From Candidatus Woesearchaeota archaeon (GTDB lineage Archaea > Nanobdellota > Nanobdellia > Woesearchaeales > GW2011-AR4): a stretch of 49,106 nucleotides of DNA. The notes under the pieces were generated by a model. The model worked only from the letters and a program-made list of their open reading frames with translations, searched no databases and was not told the DNA's origin. How positions within the stretch are numbered: the first letter of the stretch is position 1; each line of letters begins with the position of its first letter. Positions 36,310 to 46,913 of the stretch are shown here, in pieces. Position numbers and translations under genes: made by a program. The stretch covers positions 1-49,106 of the forward strand of contig JACQSQ010000055.1 of assembly GCA_016211245.1 (NCBI GenBank). The letters run 5' to 3'.

Positions 36310-37419
36310 TTAGGTCAGAGTGAAAAAAGATGACAGCAATCCTATGCCCAACTTTTGCGCTATGACATAAAGAATCAGCGAGATTGTTATGAATATCGGG
36401 ATGTATTTCATGCCTGCCTTGACGTTGCCCTTCTTGATTGTCGCAACCATAATAGCTGAAAAAAAAGATGTAATAATCAGGGACGCTATGGCAAATATCT
36501 TGAAGTCTGTTTGGGTTACTCCAACGCCGGAAAAGCTTATGGGGATGCCTGCTGCCTGGGCTGAAGAGGTTGTTCCGCTCAGGGAAGAGCCTAAATTTTC
36601 AACAACCTGGATTAGGATGCCTGACAATGCGAATAAAAAAGGCGCTGCAACAACAGTGGCAAATGTGATAAAAATGACATAAGTTGTAACATTTGCAGAC
36701 ATCTCCTTGAACATGGCTTTTTGCTGCTGGATATCCAAAGCAACCCTGTTAATCAAGTCCCCTATTGAGCCACCGGCTTCGATGCCCTCATTTATCATGC
36801 TGATAGCCCGCTTAAGTGTCATTGAATCGTATCTGGAAGCGAATTTGTCCAAAGCCGGCTTCAAATCCATACCGCTCATCGTCTCCTTGGCAACAGTCTC
36901 TATCTCCTTGGCCAAGACGCCGAATCTCGGCCTTACTGCATACCACAAAGCCCTGTCTATTGTCATGCCGGCATTTATGTTTGAGGCCGTGAGCTGGAGA
37001 AAATCAGGAAGGACATCTTCTATATCTACCTTTCTCTTGAAAATTTTCAAATCCACAGCTATGTAAAATACCATCCACAATGCAATCAGCAGCAATACAA
37101 AGATCAAAACCCAAAGAATGATCATAGAAGCCACGACAGTGCCCCATCCTATGCCATAGGTAACCGAGAAATAATAAATAAGAAGGGCAGAAAAAATTAG
37201 GTTGATTATTATGGAGGTATTGAAGAATATTTTATTCAGCCTCTGCACGCTTACTTCAAAGCCGGCCCTTTCAATGTACGACTTTAATCTCTGCTTCCTT
37301 TCTTGGGCTTTCAGCCTTTTTTTCTGCTTTTCCTTGTACTGCTTTTTGAAGAATTCTATTTTTCTCTCTGGCTTGGAATCATCAACTTTTTTTTTGATCA
37401 AATTTTTTATGCTGAACAT
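36310..37419 (-). CDS. Type II/IV secretion F-domain platform protein (TadC/ArlJ-like)
   Basis: IEDVLPDFL......AGM..D.AL...RFGVLAKEI; TM helices; start moved to 37419. Confidence 0.88.
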   Translation of the reverse strand: MFSIKNLIKKKVDDSKPERKIEFFKKQYKEKQKKRLKAQERKQRLKSYIERAGFEVSVQRLNKIFFNTSIIINLIFSALLIYYFSVTYGIGWGTVVASMIILWVLIFVLLLIALWMVFYIAVDLKIFKRKVDIEDVLPDFLQLTASNINAGMTIDRALWYAVRPRFGVLAKEIETVAKETMSGMDLKPALDKFASRYDSMTLKRAISMINEGIEAGGSIGDLINRVALDIQQQKAMFKEMSANVTTYVIFITFATVVAAPFLFALSGILIQVVENLGSSLSGTTSSAQAAGIPISFSGVGVTQTDFKIFAIASLIITSFFSAIMVATIKKGNVKAGMKYIPIFITISLILYVIAQKLGIGLLSSFFTLT

Positions 37420-37421
37420 AT

Positions 37422-38252
37422 TCAAAACTCTATAGGCGGCCTTGAGAACTTTACCATTGAAATGAACATGAATTGCACAAATCCCAAAAAGCACGCAAGA
37501 GCTATAAGGATGGTCAAACTAAGCTGGAATTTGATGAAAGATGAAAGTATTATGAGCATTGTGACCCCAAGGGAAGGCAAAATCACGGCCACTATCATAT
37601 AAAACATGGCCAAAGGATTCAGCGTTTTGCCATATTTGTTCACTTCGTTAACCTGGTCTTTTGTGACCTGATCCATGACTGAATAAAGGGACTTTGCTAT
37701 ATTGGAGCCGGTTCTTATTGAGTTTATAATCTGCCACAAAATTTTTCTCAAGTCATTTGATGGGACGAACTCGACAGCCTCGTTTAAGGCGTCCTCCATG
37801 CTGGTGCCAAGGTCAACTTTGTCAGTTATTTCCTTGAAATACTGCCCGATAATCCTGAAGTTTTTGGAGACGTTGACCATCGCATTGTATAGAGGAACGC
37901 CCGACTCAAGCTCTATTATTATGAACCTGCCAGCGAATATGATTTCCCCGCTGATTTCCTTTTCTTTTTTCGATATCCTCAATTCCGGAAGCTTGAGCAT
38001 ATAAAAAAACATGATGACGAATACCACTGGAATTATGAAAAACATTATTCCTTTCAGAACTTCCAGCTTGGCCAGCACGAGGAACAATGCGACTACAAGA
38101 CCTGTCGTCATGTAAAAGGCTGAGATGAACGTTTTCTTAATGAAATCTTCAGGCTTTTCTTCCATGCCTGCCTGCTTAAGCTTCAGCCTAAGCATCGGAA
38201 ATGCTTTTGCAATAATACGGAACAAATTATTCAAGCTTTTGATATAAACCAC
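37422..38252 (-). CDS. Type II/IV secretion F-domain platform protein (TadB-like)
   Basis: ESGVPLYNAM, G.SMEDAL, GSNIA.SL; TM helices. Confidence 0.85.
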   Translation of the reverse strand: MVYIKSLNNLFRIIAKAFPMLRLKLKQAGMEEKPEDFIKKTFISAFYMTTGLVVALFLVLAKLEVLKGIMFFIIPVVFVIMFFYMLKLPELRISKKEKEISGEIIFAGRFIIIELESGVPLYNAMVNVSKNFRIIGQYFKEITDKVDLGTSMEDALNEAVEFVPSNDLRKILWQIINSIRTGSNIAKSLYSVMDQVTKDQVNEVNKYGKTLNPLAMFYMIVAVILPSLGVTMLIILSSFIKFQLSLTILIALACFLGFVQFMFISMVKFSRPPIEF

Positions 38253-38255
38253 CTT

Positions 38256-40244
38256 TTAATCAGCTAAGAGCTTGTTTTTTCTTACGCAGCCCATCAAATA
38301 GTCCTTGTTTGTGTAATACTCTGCCATGACCCTGCCAACGCCGTCTACGGTATTTATGTTATTCTTGGCAAGCCATTTCAAAACAATTTCCTTTTCTTTC
38401 AGCGATTTGCTTATCTCGTTTCTTGTGAATCCCGTGAACAGCTCAATAGTGGACATAAGCGATTTTGAGTTTGCGACCTTTTTAAGAACACCTTTTCTAA
38501 TGTCAAGCTGTATCAGGACATTCGGCTCCGAATCAGGTAGTATTTCAGCCACCTGAAAAGTTTTCCTTTCTCCTGTTCTCCTGTTCCTGTACTGCACCAC
38601 AATCATGGAAATTGCAGGAAGCATCGATTTCGGTATTTCAATCGGGGGATTTGTGAGCCTGGTGATTGTTTCAGAAGCGTCATTCGCGTGGACTGTTGCA
38701 TAAACAGAGTGGCCTGTGTGTATGGCTTCGAACAATACCTCTGCCTCCCTTTTCCTCCTGATTTCACCTACTATTATCCGGTCAGGCCTCATTCTTAATG
38801 AATTGACCAGCAAGTCAAGCATTGAAACTTCGCCTTTCCCCTCAGGATTTGGCAACCTTATAACCATAGGGATCCAATGCAGGAATTTCGGCAGCTGAAT
38901 CTCCCTTGTATCCTCTATGCTGATTATTCTTTGGTTAGGAGGAAAGAAATTCGCGACTACATTAAGCATGGATGTTTTGCCGGTTGCCGTCCCGCCCGCT
39001 ATCAATGTCGACAGCTCGAATTGGGCGCCAAGCCATACAAGCGCAGCCGCTTCAGTGGAGATAGTGCCATCTTTTATGAAATCTGTTATGGTCCATGGCT
39101 TGGCTGCAAACTTTCTGAGAGTTATTGTGTTTCCTGAGGCTGATATGGGCTCAAGTGTTGCATTTACCCTGTCCCCTCCTTTGAGATGGGCATCCATCAG
39201 CGGCTCGAGTATTGTAAGCTGCCTTCCAACCCTTCTTCCAATCATTGTCGCGTAATGCCTTGTCTGATCCTCGTTTTCAAGGGTTATATTGGTTTTAAGC
39301 CAGCCATGTTTTTTGTGGTAAACCCAAACAGGCACGTCAGAGCTGTTTATGGCAATTTCCTCTAGATTTATGTCGTCCATAAGAATCTCTATGCTTCCAA
39401 GCCCCAGGCTTCTTTGTATCAAGTAGCTTTTAAGGAAATTTGTCGTGTTTTCGTCGGCATCCGGAAAGTGCTTGCTTATCAAGTTGGTTATCGTATCAAT
39501 AAATTTTTGCTCTATAACTCCCGTATCCTTTGTCGAGAGAATATCAACCATTCCCAGGCTTACCTGCGTTGTCAGCTCCTCCCTTATCTTTTCCAGAATT
39601 ATCTCGGTGTTCTTGCTTATGATTGATATTGAAACCTCGTAAATCGGCACGAATTCGCCTTTTTTCTTATAAATTTTTATTGTTATGGGAATCAAGTCAG
39701 ATACAAAATCGTATGTGGCGAGGAGATTGATGTCTTCTTTCCTCACCGGCGGCACGACAGAGGGATGCTTTTCCTTTTCCGAGCCCTCTTTTGGGGTAAT
39801 CGAGCCAAGCCCCGTAATCCTGACTTCGCCTGAAGGGGCATTATGCCCGATCCTTGCAGGCTGCTCTCCGGGTTTTTTGTCTTCACCCCTCACCTCATTC
39901 GTCTCGGATATTGGCCGCATCTTATCGCGCTTTAAGCTCATGTGTTTTAGCATGTCCAGCAATCCCACCCCATACCTGTGCTCCAGCTCTGCAATCTGCT
40001 TGATGCGTTTTTCTTTGCCAGTTTTTTTTTCAGAACTTGCGGAATATTTACTGTCGGCAGTTCCTTTTTTCCCGGCATCCTTTATTGGCGGAGCAGCACC
40101 ATGCTCTTTCTTGTGAAAACTAAACATCCCAAACAGGCCTTTTTTTTCTTTTTCAGAATCATGTGCGCTGGCCATAGTCTTTTGCGCCCTATTTTTTTCC
40201 CTCTTTAATCTAGATTTCGGCAACTTTACACCTCTTTTTACCAT
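38256..40244 (-). CDS. Type IV pilus assembly ATPase (VirB11/TadA family)
   Basis: GGTATGKT Walker A, SIEDTRE, LRMRPDRIIVGEIR, TGH...T.HA. Confidence 0.93.
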   Translation of the reverse strand: MVKRGVKLPKSRLKREKNRAQKTMASAHDSEKEKKGLFGMFSFHKKEHGAAPPIKDAGKKGTADSKYSASSEKKTGKEKRIKQIAELEHRYGVGLLDMLKHMSLKRDKMRPISETNEVRGEDKKPGEQPARIGHNAPSGEVRITGLGSITPKEGSEKEKHPSVVPPVRKEDINLLATYDFVSDLIPITIKIYKKKGEFVPIYEVSISIISKNTEIILEKIREELTTQVSLGMVDILSTKDTGVIEQKFIDTITNLISKHFPDADENTTNFLKSYLIQRSLGLGSIEILMDDINLEEIAINSSDVPVWVYHKKHGWLKTNITLENEDQTRHYATMIGRRVGRQLTILEPLMDAHLKGGDRVNATLEPISASGNTITLRKFAAKPWTITDFIKDGTISTEAAALVWLGAQFELSTLIAGGTATGKTSMLNVVANFFPPNQRIISIEDTREIQLPKFLHWIPMVIRLPNPEGKGEVSMLDLLVNSLRMRPDRIIVGEIRRKREAEVLFEAIHTGHSVYATVHANDASETITRLTNPPIEIPKSMLPAISMIVVQYRNRRTGERKTFQVAEILPDSEPNVLIQLDIRKGVLKKVANSKSLMSTIELFTGFTRNEISKSLKEKEIVLKWLAKNNINTVDGVGRVMAEYYTNKDYLMGCVRKNKLLAD

Positions 40245-40256
40245 AAATCCCTAAGT

Positions 40257-41402
40257 CTATTTCCTGAAAAACGAAGTAAGCTTCTTCAGCTCCTCCTCAA
40301 ACGAGCCTTTTTTCTTGTCAACTTCATTGAATTTTTTTTCAATGTCAATTATTTCCTTTCCGACATCGCCTTTTTTGCTTGCAAGCTGGAATGATTTTGC
40401 CTTTTTTATCAGCTCCAAAAGGCTTTTTTCCAGCTCGTCCCTGTCCTTGTTTATCTTGTCAACAAGATTAACCACAGCCATCTTCCTGCTGAAGAAATCA
40501 TTAACTTTTTTGGTTATCTGGTCAACATTAATCGCAGTTTTTTTCTTGTCGGCTATTTTTTTTATTATATTGTCCTGCAGCTCAAGCACTTTTTTCTCAA
40601 GCTCTTTGCTTTTCTCCACTAACGGAGTAATCAATGATTTTTCTTCCTCAACTCGCTGCTTTACATCCTCTATTATCTGGTTCAGGCGCTCTATATGGGA
40701 TTCGGAATTCTTAATAGCAATATCCTCCTGCCCTATTTTTTTTTCAATAGCTGAAATCATTCCCTTCAAGTCTGTTAATTTGGCGTTGAGGAGCTTTTCG
40801 CTCTCTTCTATGGACTTGGCCTGTATCTTTTCCTGGGTAAGATTTTTTTTTTCCTTCTCAATATCGGAAACCAGTTCCCGGTATCTCTTTTGCTCGTTGA
40901 GTATCTGCTTTGCCAATTCCTCAATCTTGGATTTGGCGTCATTCTTCTGCTCTTCAATCTGCTTTTGAAGCTCTTGCTTCATATGCTGGTATTTTTCCAG
41001 CTCCTGAAGCTCGTTTCTTACAGTGTCCAGCTCCATACCTAACTCGCTTTTTATTTTGTCGAACTCGCCTTTTATCTTTTTCAGCTCGCCGGCCTGCTTG
41101 TCTAGAAAACTTAGGCTTACTTCAGCCTTTCTCACAAAAACATCCTTCTTGCTCTCAAATTCCTTTGATTTTGCCTCGACTTCCTTTCTTGTTAGCTTTC
41201 TTTCCACAAGAAACGGCTTGGTAAGCCTGTACTCGACGCTTATTATTCCCTCGTCTTCGAGAAAATCCACCCATTCCTGGATGACAGTAGTGCTGACTCC
41301 CAGTTCTTTGGCGGCATCTGCCAAGGCTATTTTGCCCCTTACCTTTACCAGGTTGACAAGCTTGTCCACTCCAGTTTCTATAACACTTCCTTCAAGCTCC
41401 AT
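40257..41402 (-). CDS. Winged-helix plus long coiled-coil protein
   Basis: LADAAKELGVS...IQEWVDFLEDEGII followed by about 300 aa of heptad-rich E/K sequence. Confidence 0.7.
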   Translation of the reverse strand: MELEGSVIETGVDKLVNLVKVRGKIALADAAKELGVSTTVIQEWVDFLEDEGIISVEYRLTKPFLVERKLTRKEVEAKSKEFESKKDVFVRKAEVSLSFLDKQAGELKKIKGEFDKIKSELGMELDTVRNELQELEKYQHMKQELQKQIEEQKNDAKSKIEELAKQILNEQKRYRELVSDIEKEKKNLTQEKIQAKSIEESEKLLNAKLTDLKGMISAIEKKIGQEDIAIKNSESHIERLNQIIEDVKQRVEEEKSLITPLVEKSKELEKKVLELQDNIIKKIADKKKTAINVDQITKKVNDFFSRKMAVVNLVDKINKDRDELEKSLLELIKKAKSFQLASKKGDVGKEIIDIEKKFNEVDKKKGSFEEELKKLTSFFRK

Positions 41403-41459
41403 TTTGATAATTTTTTGTTTATATATATTTAAAAATGTTATGTTTTTACATGATTAATT

Positions 41460-42389
41460 TCAAATTGTCAAGTTGGTTACTTGATACACCCCAAGATGCT
41501 CCTGATCTATCTTAAACCATTCCGGAGTTGCATTTATCCTGTAGTTTATCGTATTCTTCGTTCCGAAATATATATGATCCACAATGCTCCTGTCTTTAAG
41601 CACTAGCCCCTGCTGCTGGAATTCCTCCAGGTTGACAAGGCTTTCAACACCATAAGTTGAGTTGCCCAAATCCCCCTCAAACCTCATAAGAAAGGTTGGC
41701 GCATCATTGTTGGCTATGTAATACGAGTTGTTTGCATGCTTCAAAAGATTCTGCACGTTTCCGCCAATTACAAAAGGGGTGATATTTGTTTTTATTATTG
41801 GGTTTGTTATTCTTCCCTTGCTGTTGATGAGATAAAGCGGATCTTCAAATCCGATTATGCTTATCCTTGTAGTTAAATACCTGTTTCTTGCCCATTGGCT
41901 TGTATTCCTCTTATCCTTTATGTCCAAAGTTATATCGATACCTGCCTCAATAGTCCATGGATCACTTTGATTTAGCTTTACATCATTAATCGTAAAATTA
42001 AACAGGATGTCTACTTTATCAGCTTCAGCAGAAATCTTGTTGGCCCAATCCGTGAAAGTGGAATCCTTCATCAGGCTAAGCTGCTGCTGGTTGATGGTGC
42101 CATTAAGAAAAGATTCCTTAAATTTCTCATTGACGCTGCTTATAAAAGTGCCGTTAGTTGATATGAACTGGTTGAAGCCCAGCAGAGTTCTGAAAGAAGC
42201 TATGTATACTCCCTTGCTTAAGTCTTTTTCAACGTCCTTAATAAAAAAATTAACGGTTTCTATCCTGGTTTCTATAGTTTCCATCCTGTCTGTTAACCTG
42301 TATGTGCTATAATAGCCGTATGTCACAATAATAACAGTTGTTAAGGCAATTGCAGATATGGTATAAAAAATGGATTTTTTTCCGTTCAT
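41460..42389 (-). CDS. Pilin-like protein with class III-type signal peptide
   Basis: KKS-IFYTISAIAL hydrophobic N-terminus; ATGA overlap with the upstream gene. Confidence 0.65.
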   Translation of the reverse strand: MNGKKSIFYTISAIALTTVIIVTYGYYSTYRLTDRMETIETRIETVNFFIKDVEKDLSKGVYIASFRTLLGFNQFISTNGTFISSVNEKFKESFLNGTINQQQLSLMKDSTFTDWANKISAEADKVDILFNFTINDVKLNQSDPWTIEAGIDITLDIKDKRNTSQWARNRYLTTRISIIGFEDPLYLINSKGRITNPIIKTNITPFVIGGNVQNLLKHANNSYYIANNDAPTFLMRFEGDLGNSTYGVESLVNLEEFQQQGLVLKDRSIVDHIYFGTKNTINYRINATPEWFKIDQEHLGVYQVTNLTI

Positions 42390-45300
42390 TCCCACACCCT
42401 TATCTCAACAATCGCAGGCCCCCATAGGGACGGGACCTTTGACACTGTTAATGTATTTATGTTCAGGCTGTTTTCATCTATATTTACTTCCAATTTCCCA
42501 TCCTTGTCGATGTCAAGATTGCTGAATAACTGGAATACTGCATTGTCGAGTGCGTCATTGGAGTCATAAGTCTGGCTGGCAAAGCTGCAGATATCCGCTC
42601 CATTGTAGTCTGACGGAATCTTTATTGTGGAAGCTGAGCCGTCTTCAAAGCTTATAGTCCATGAGCAGCCATCTGATTTTGCAACAACTGTTGAATAGTC
42701 TGCAAACCCGTTAAGCAGCAATGTGTAGATTATCCTGCTGTCGTTTGAGCCTCCGCTCGAGGAGCTTGAGTTAAGGCCCGTGCTTATTAGGATGGTGTTG
42801 CTGCCAATGCTTATGCCGTTCGCGGGAATATTGACGTCAAATGGATCTCCAAAATCTTGATAATTATTGCCGTAGTCGCCCAGCCTGTACACATTGTTGC
42901 CATTAACCACGAGGTTGTCTGTCCATTTATTGCCGGAATAAGAAGTGGCTTTGGCATCATAAACCGAGGTGTTTGGGTAGACCGTCAAAGTCCCCTGAGA
43001 AAGGTTGTTTCCAAACCTGTCTGTTTCAAAGCGCAACGGCACTTTGTTGAAGTGGGATTCCGGAGCGGAATAATTGAATGACAAATAAGAGTCTGGATAT
43101 AGTACAGTCTTTGCAAGGTTTCCGCCACTTAAGTTTATCGACTGCGCCTGATAGGTTATATTGCCCACAGACTGGGCAATTTTCGTGTATACCTCGATCA
43201 AATCGTCCGAATTGTTGGCAATATAAAATTGCGAGCAATCATCGCAACAAGCTGACTGGTTTAATGTTTTTCTTGCATTGGAGTTAGTTATGTCGCCAAA
43301 TAGTATAGTGTATACGCTTATGCCATAAAGCGACTTTGCTTCACAAGCTTTTTGCACTGTTTCATTTCTTGCCCCTGTAGAATCGCAACCGGCGCAATCG
43401 CCTATTTTTGTATTTGCCTCGCCGTCGCTCATCACGAGCATTGCCTTGTTTCTGCTGTAGCTGTTTAATTCATCTGACCATCTTGTGCTTAGATTCACAT
43501 TCCTAAAGTTCCAGTCATCATTTGTGCCTGTTGTCCTGTGGCAGCCTGATGTAGTCCCTGCTGTAAAATTTACCTCATTTTGGCCGTCCTTAAGCCATGC
43601 CACCGGCACATCAAAGTAAATCTTTTGCCACACATTTGTTATATTCCATTCCTGGTAATCAACACTCCCTACATAGTTTCCATTTATATATACACAATCA
43701 TAATATAAAGGGTTTACATTCAATACCTCAAACTCCAAATTTGCAGATTTTATTTTTGATTTTGAGATGTTTAAGGCCAAAAGCAAGGACGATTTTTCCT
43801 GAAGCGGAGAGTCTCCAATTTGAATTTCGGACTTGTTTGTATCATTATACGCAAGATTAGGCAAAGAGGTTTCTGATTCCCACACAGCCAATTTCACATC
43901 CTTGAAATCCCAATCGTCATTGTTGCCAGAAGTCTGGAAGCATCCCTCTGTGGTGCCGCCGGTGATAGTTACATTTGAAGCATTTCCGACAAACCACTCT
44001 GGCTTTAAAGCGTAAGAGCATGTGTGCCATCCAGGATCTCCATGAGGCTCGCACATCCTTCCAATATAATTCCCATTGAAATAAATGCAATCGTAATAGC
44101 CATCTTCTGTGGCAACATCCCTGCCAAGCAGCGTCAATCTTGATTTTACGAATTTTGACGAATTGGCGCTTATATTGAATCTTATGCTGGCAGATACAAC
44201 AGAGTCTCCTACCTGGAATTGGGTTGTATTAATTGCGGTCTTTTGACTTAGTCCGTATAAAACCTCATTTTCAGTCAAGAGCTCTGTTGCGCCTTGTATG
44301 CCGCATGAGATGCAGGTGTAGCCACACCATTCATTTGAGTAATTGCTAACCCCGTATTTTAACGATGCATTATCGTCGCTGAAATCATGGAAGTCGCAAA
44401 CAGGAGCAGCATCGGTGCCAAACCCCACCAAGGCTACTTTGCTTCCGCTAGTTTGCAGGACAGTGTCAATAAATTTTTTGTCTGCCTGAATGGCTACATT
44501 ATCCCTTCTGTCATGGCATCCTCCAGCGGCGTTAGAATCGCACAATCCAGTGGTGCAATTAACCCCTATATCGCAAGCGGACATGCTTGATGTCCTGTCA
44601 GTAATCAAGGCAGAATCAGAAATCTTGCCAGATATGGTAACATTTGAGCTTTTGAGCCCAATCCTTAGCGGAATTGTCTTCTGGCTTAATGATGCATACT
44701 CTATTACATTCGAAATATTAGAATTGTTTATTACCACATTTTGTTCGCTTGAAGATACAGTTGATTCAAATATTGTGGTGTTGCCTAAAACCAAGAAAAC
44801 CTGGTACTGGCTTAGGAAATGGAGTGACATATTCATGCTGTCAGGCTCGTTAGGGGCGTAGATGGAAGAATAGATATTAATGGCTCCTTCCACCCCAGGC
44901 AGCCAATATTTCTCAAAACCCGGAGATGAAGTGTCATTATAAGATGATGTGATGTATGTTACTCTCAAGAAACCGCCTGCGATATAGCTTTCTCCAGATG
45001 TGAAATTTATTGTTATATTGTTTTCGCCAGGCTTGAAATTTGCAAGATATAAATTGCTTAGGTTCCACTTGTCAGCCAGCATATTGCCGCCTCCTGCAGA
45101 CCCTTTAGCATAGCTTCCTGAGAAAATACCGTTAATGTAAAGGTTGAAATTGCCGCCTGCGTCAACTTCCAGATAAGAGCCGTTAAACGAAATAACATCA
45201 TTAGGCAGGACCAATTTCTTAGTCAAGTTGCCATCGCCCTCATACCCTCCAAAATAGGCGTAAGCGCTGGTTTTCTTGCTCTTTATGCCGGTAAGCAATA

Positions 45301-45775
45301 CTCTTGTAGTGAACCCTTGGGTGGGCTTGGCCTTGGCTATTCCGCTTATTATTCTTCTTGAGGAAACAAGCGCCCTGTCCACAGGCAAATTCCTTAAATA
45401 AATTTCTTCTCCATTAACAAGAACGCTGAATCCGTAGTTATCCGGTATTATGGACTCAGTGAGGTTTTTCGTGAAATTTTTTGCCAGCTCTGTATTGTCT
45501 TCAGCCCAAAACTCACCAATTTGCTCTATAAGCGTGTTGTTCGTGTTCGATATTATTCCGGATAAAGTTAAATTCTTCACGTATTCATTATTGACTTCCC
45601 CCACAGTCAACGAAGAAAATACCCTCACCATGTCCTGCGCCGCATAATTCACATTAACTTTCTGCTGCTCATAAACATAAAAATTGGAAATCAGTATGAT
45701 GGAGAGTATGATAATGCCGGAAGCGAGCAGCGCATCAATAGTAAAAAATATGCCTCTTTTTTTCATATTTACCAC
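42386..45775 (-). CDS. Large pilin-like adhesin with von Willebrand A domain
   Basis: KKRG-IFFTIDALLA signal; ITDRTSSM (MIDAS-like), VALVGF, T.ISCGI, MLVMSDGEAN, VYTILFG; start may be the ATG at 45766. Confidence 0.8.
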   Translation of the reverse strand: MVNMKKRGIFFTIDALLASGIIILSIILISNFYVYEQQKVNVNYAAQDMVRVFSSLTVGEVNNEYVKNLTLSGIISNTNNTLIEQIGEFWAEDNTELAKNFTKNLTESIIPDNYGFSVLVNGEEIYLRNLPVDRALVSSRRIISGIAKAKPTQGFTTRVLLTGIKSKKTSAYAYFGGYEGDGNLTKKLVLPNDVISFNGSYLEVDAGGNFNLYINGIFSGSYAKGSAGGGNMLADKWNLSNLYLANFKPGENNITINFTSGESYIAGGFLRVTYITSSYNDTSSPGFEKYWLPGVEGAINIYSSIYAPNEPDSMNMSLHFLSQYQVFLVLGNTTIFESTVSSSEQNVVINNSNISNVIEYASLSQKTIPLRIGLKSSNVTISGKISDSALITDRTSSMSACDIGVNCTTGLCDSNAAGGCHDRRDNVAIQADKKFIDTVLQTSGSKVALVGFGTDAAPVCDFHDFSDDNASLKYGVSNYSNEWCGYTCISCGIQGATELLTENEVLYGLSQKTAINTTQFQVGDSVVSASIRFNISANSSKFVKSRLTLLGRDVATEDGYYDCIYFNGNYIGRMCEPHGDPGWHTCSYALKPEWFVGNASNVTITGGTTEGCFQTSGNNDDWDFKDVKLAVWESETSLPNLAYNDTNKSEIQIGDSPLQEKSSLLLALNISKSKIKSANLEFEVLNVNPLYYDCVYINGNYVGSVDYQEWNITNVWQKIYFDVPVAWLKDGQNEVNFTAGTTSGCHRTTGTNDDWNFRNVNLSTRWSDELNSYSRNKAMLVMSDGEANTKIGDCAGCDSTGARNETVQKACEAKSLYGISVYTILFGDITNSNARKTLNQSACCDDCSQFYIANNSDDLIEVYTKIAQSVGNITYQAQSINLSGGNLAKTVLYPDSYLSFNYSAPESHFNKVPLRFETDRFGNNLSQGTLTVYPNTSVYDAKATSYSGNKWTDNLVVNGNNVYRLGDYGNNYQDFGDPFDVNIPANGISIGSNTILISTGLNSSSSSGGSNDSRIIYTLLLNGFADYSTVVAKSDGCSWTISFEDGSASTIKIPSDYNGADICSFASQTYDSNDALDNAVFQLFSNLDIDKDGKLEVNIDENSLNINTLTVSKVPSLWGPAIVEIRVWE

Positions 45776-45803
45776 AACATCTTCTCCTTTGCAATTTTTC
45801 TAG

Positions 45804-46913
45804 TTATTGCCAAACATAGACTGTCATTTTAGCAGGTTTTGAGTTATAGATTAGATAGCGCTCCGTCTTTGCCAAATATTTTGGACTGATAACTAAAAAA
45901 TTTATCGGGTTGCAGGTGCCTTCGATAAGCCCTGAAGCAGCCCCCTCGACCACATCAATAAAATTTCCATTGAAAGCAGACACATCAAAGTCGCTGAAAA
46001 AGTATACAGTTCCGTTGCCGTATTTCCATTTCGAGATTGAATTGTCGTCTGTTTGGTTGAATGTGGCTATTCTCAGGAAGCTGACAGATTCTGATTTGTT
46101 CTCAACATGATAATACTGGTTGAAAACCATGCTTTGCCCTATAGACAAAGACAAATATGGATCCGTGTCGTTGACTATTGAGATTCTTTGGCTTGAAGAC
46201 AGCCCTGATTTTTTCTTGAAATCCGCACCAACCATGCTGTTTGTAGAAGGGGTGGCCAGCTCACCGCTTATAATTAAAAGCCCGCCTCTTGATGAAAAGT
46301 TCTCAATTTTGGCCTTGTTTGTCGCAAAATCGCCGCCGCTGAGAAGAGGATGCTCCATCACCAAAAAGCCGTATTTGCTCAGATTCGCAACAAGATCGTC
46401 TATATCATCATTGTAGATGTCTGCATTGAAAGTTTCCCTCATGAAATCCTTCAAGAAATCATCATCCTCGTCTTGATAATAATAAGCGCTTTTGATGTTG
46501 TAAGTTGTGTTTATCAGAGGATAGCCTGTTCCGCAAACTCCCTTTATGTTCAGGACATCGCCATTTTCATTCAGGAAATAAGCAAAAAAATCAAATGTTG
46601 TGGAGAATTTCCTCCTGGCTAGAGTATAGTTCATCTGCTTTAATTTTTTCAATTTGGTGGCGTTCAATTGCTGCTCATCCGCTATTCCAATCCTCACGAC
46701 AGTTGTATTGTCCCAGTCATCAGGGTAGCCCTCCAAAGCCAAGGAGTTTGAGATGGACTTGGCATCCTTAGTCACCAAGTCAAAATCACCTTTATCCTCT
46801 TTTTGCGCATTATTGGTGTAGCTAAAATAAACTATGAGCGTGAATGTAAACAGAAGCATGCCTATTGCAAAGTCCATGTACCATGCCTGCGCCTTGATAG
46901 ATTTAGTTGACAT
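45804..46913 (-). CDS. Pilin-like protein with class III signal peptide
   Basis: KA-QAWYMDFAIGMLLF; G.P.DW motif. Confidence 0.72.
   Translation of the reverse strand: MSTKSIKAQAWYMDFAIGMLLFTFTLIVYFSYTNNAQKEDKGDFDLVTKDAKSISNSLALEGYPDDWDNTTVVRIGIADEQQLNATKLKKLKQMNYTLARRKFSTTFDFFAYFLNENGDVLNIKGVCGTGYPLINTTYNIKSAYYYQDEDDDFLKDFMRETFNADIYNDDIDDLVANLSKYGFLVMEHPLLSGGDFATNKAKIENFSSRGGLLIISGELATPSTNSMVGADFKKKSGLSSSQRISIVNDTDPYLSLSIGQSMVFNQYYHVENKSESVSFLRIATFNQTDDNSISKWKYGNGTVYFFSDFDVSAFNGNFIDVVEGAASGLIEGTCNPINFLVISPKYLAKTERYLIYNSKPAKMTVYVWQ

Noticed and set aside
35071..40244. Archaellum operon
   Set aside because: No archaellin-type N-termini or arlF/G/H order; two platform genes and QxxxE pilins fit an adhesive pilus.
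40315..40968. 217-aa Ser/Phe-rich plus-strand ORF
   Set aside because: Mirror of E/K codons of the coiled-coil gene.
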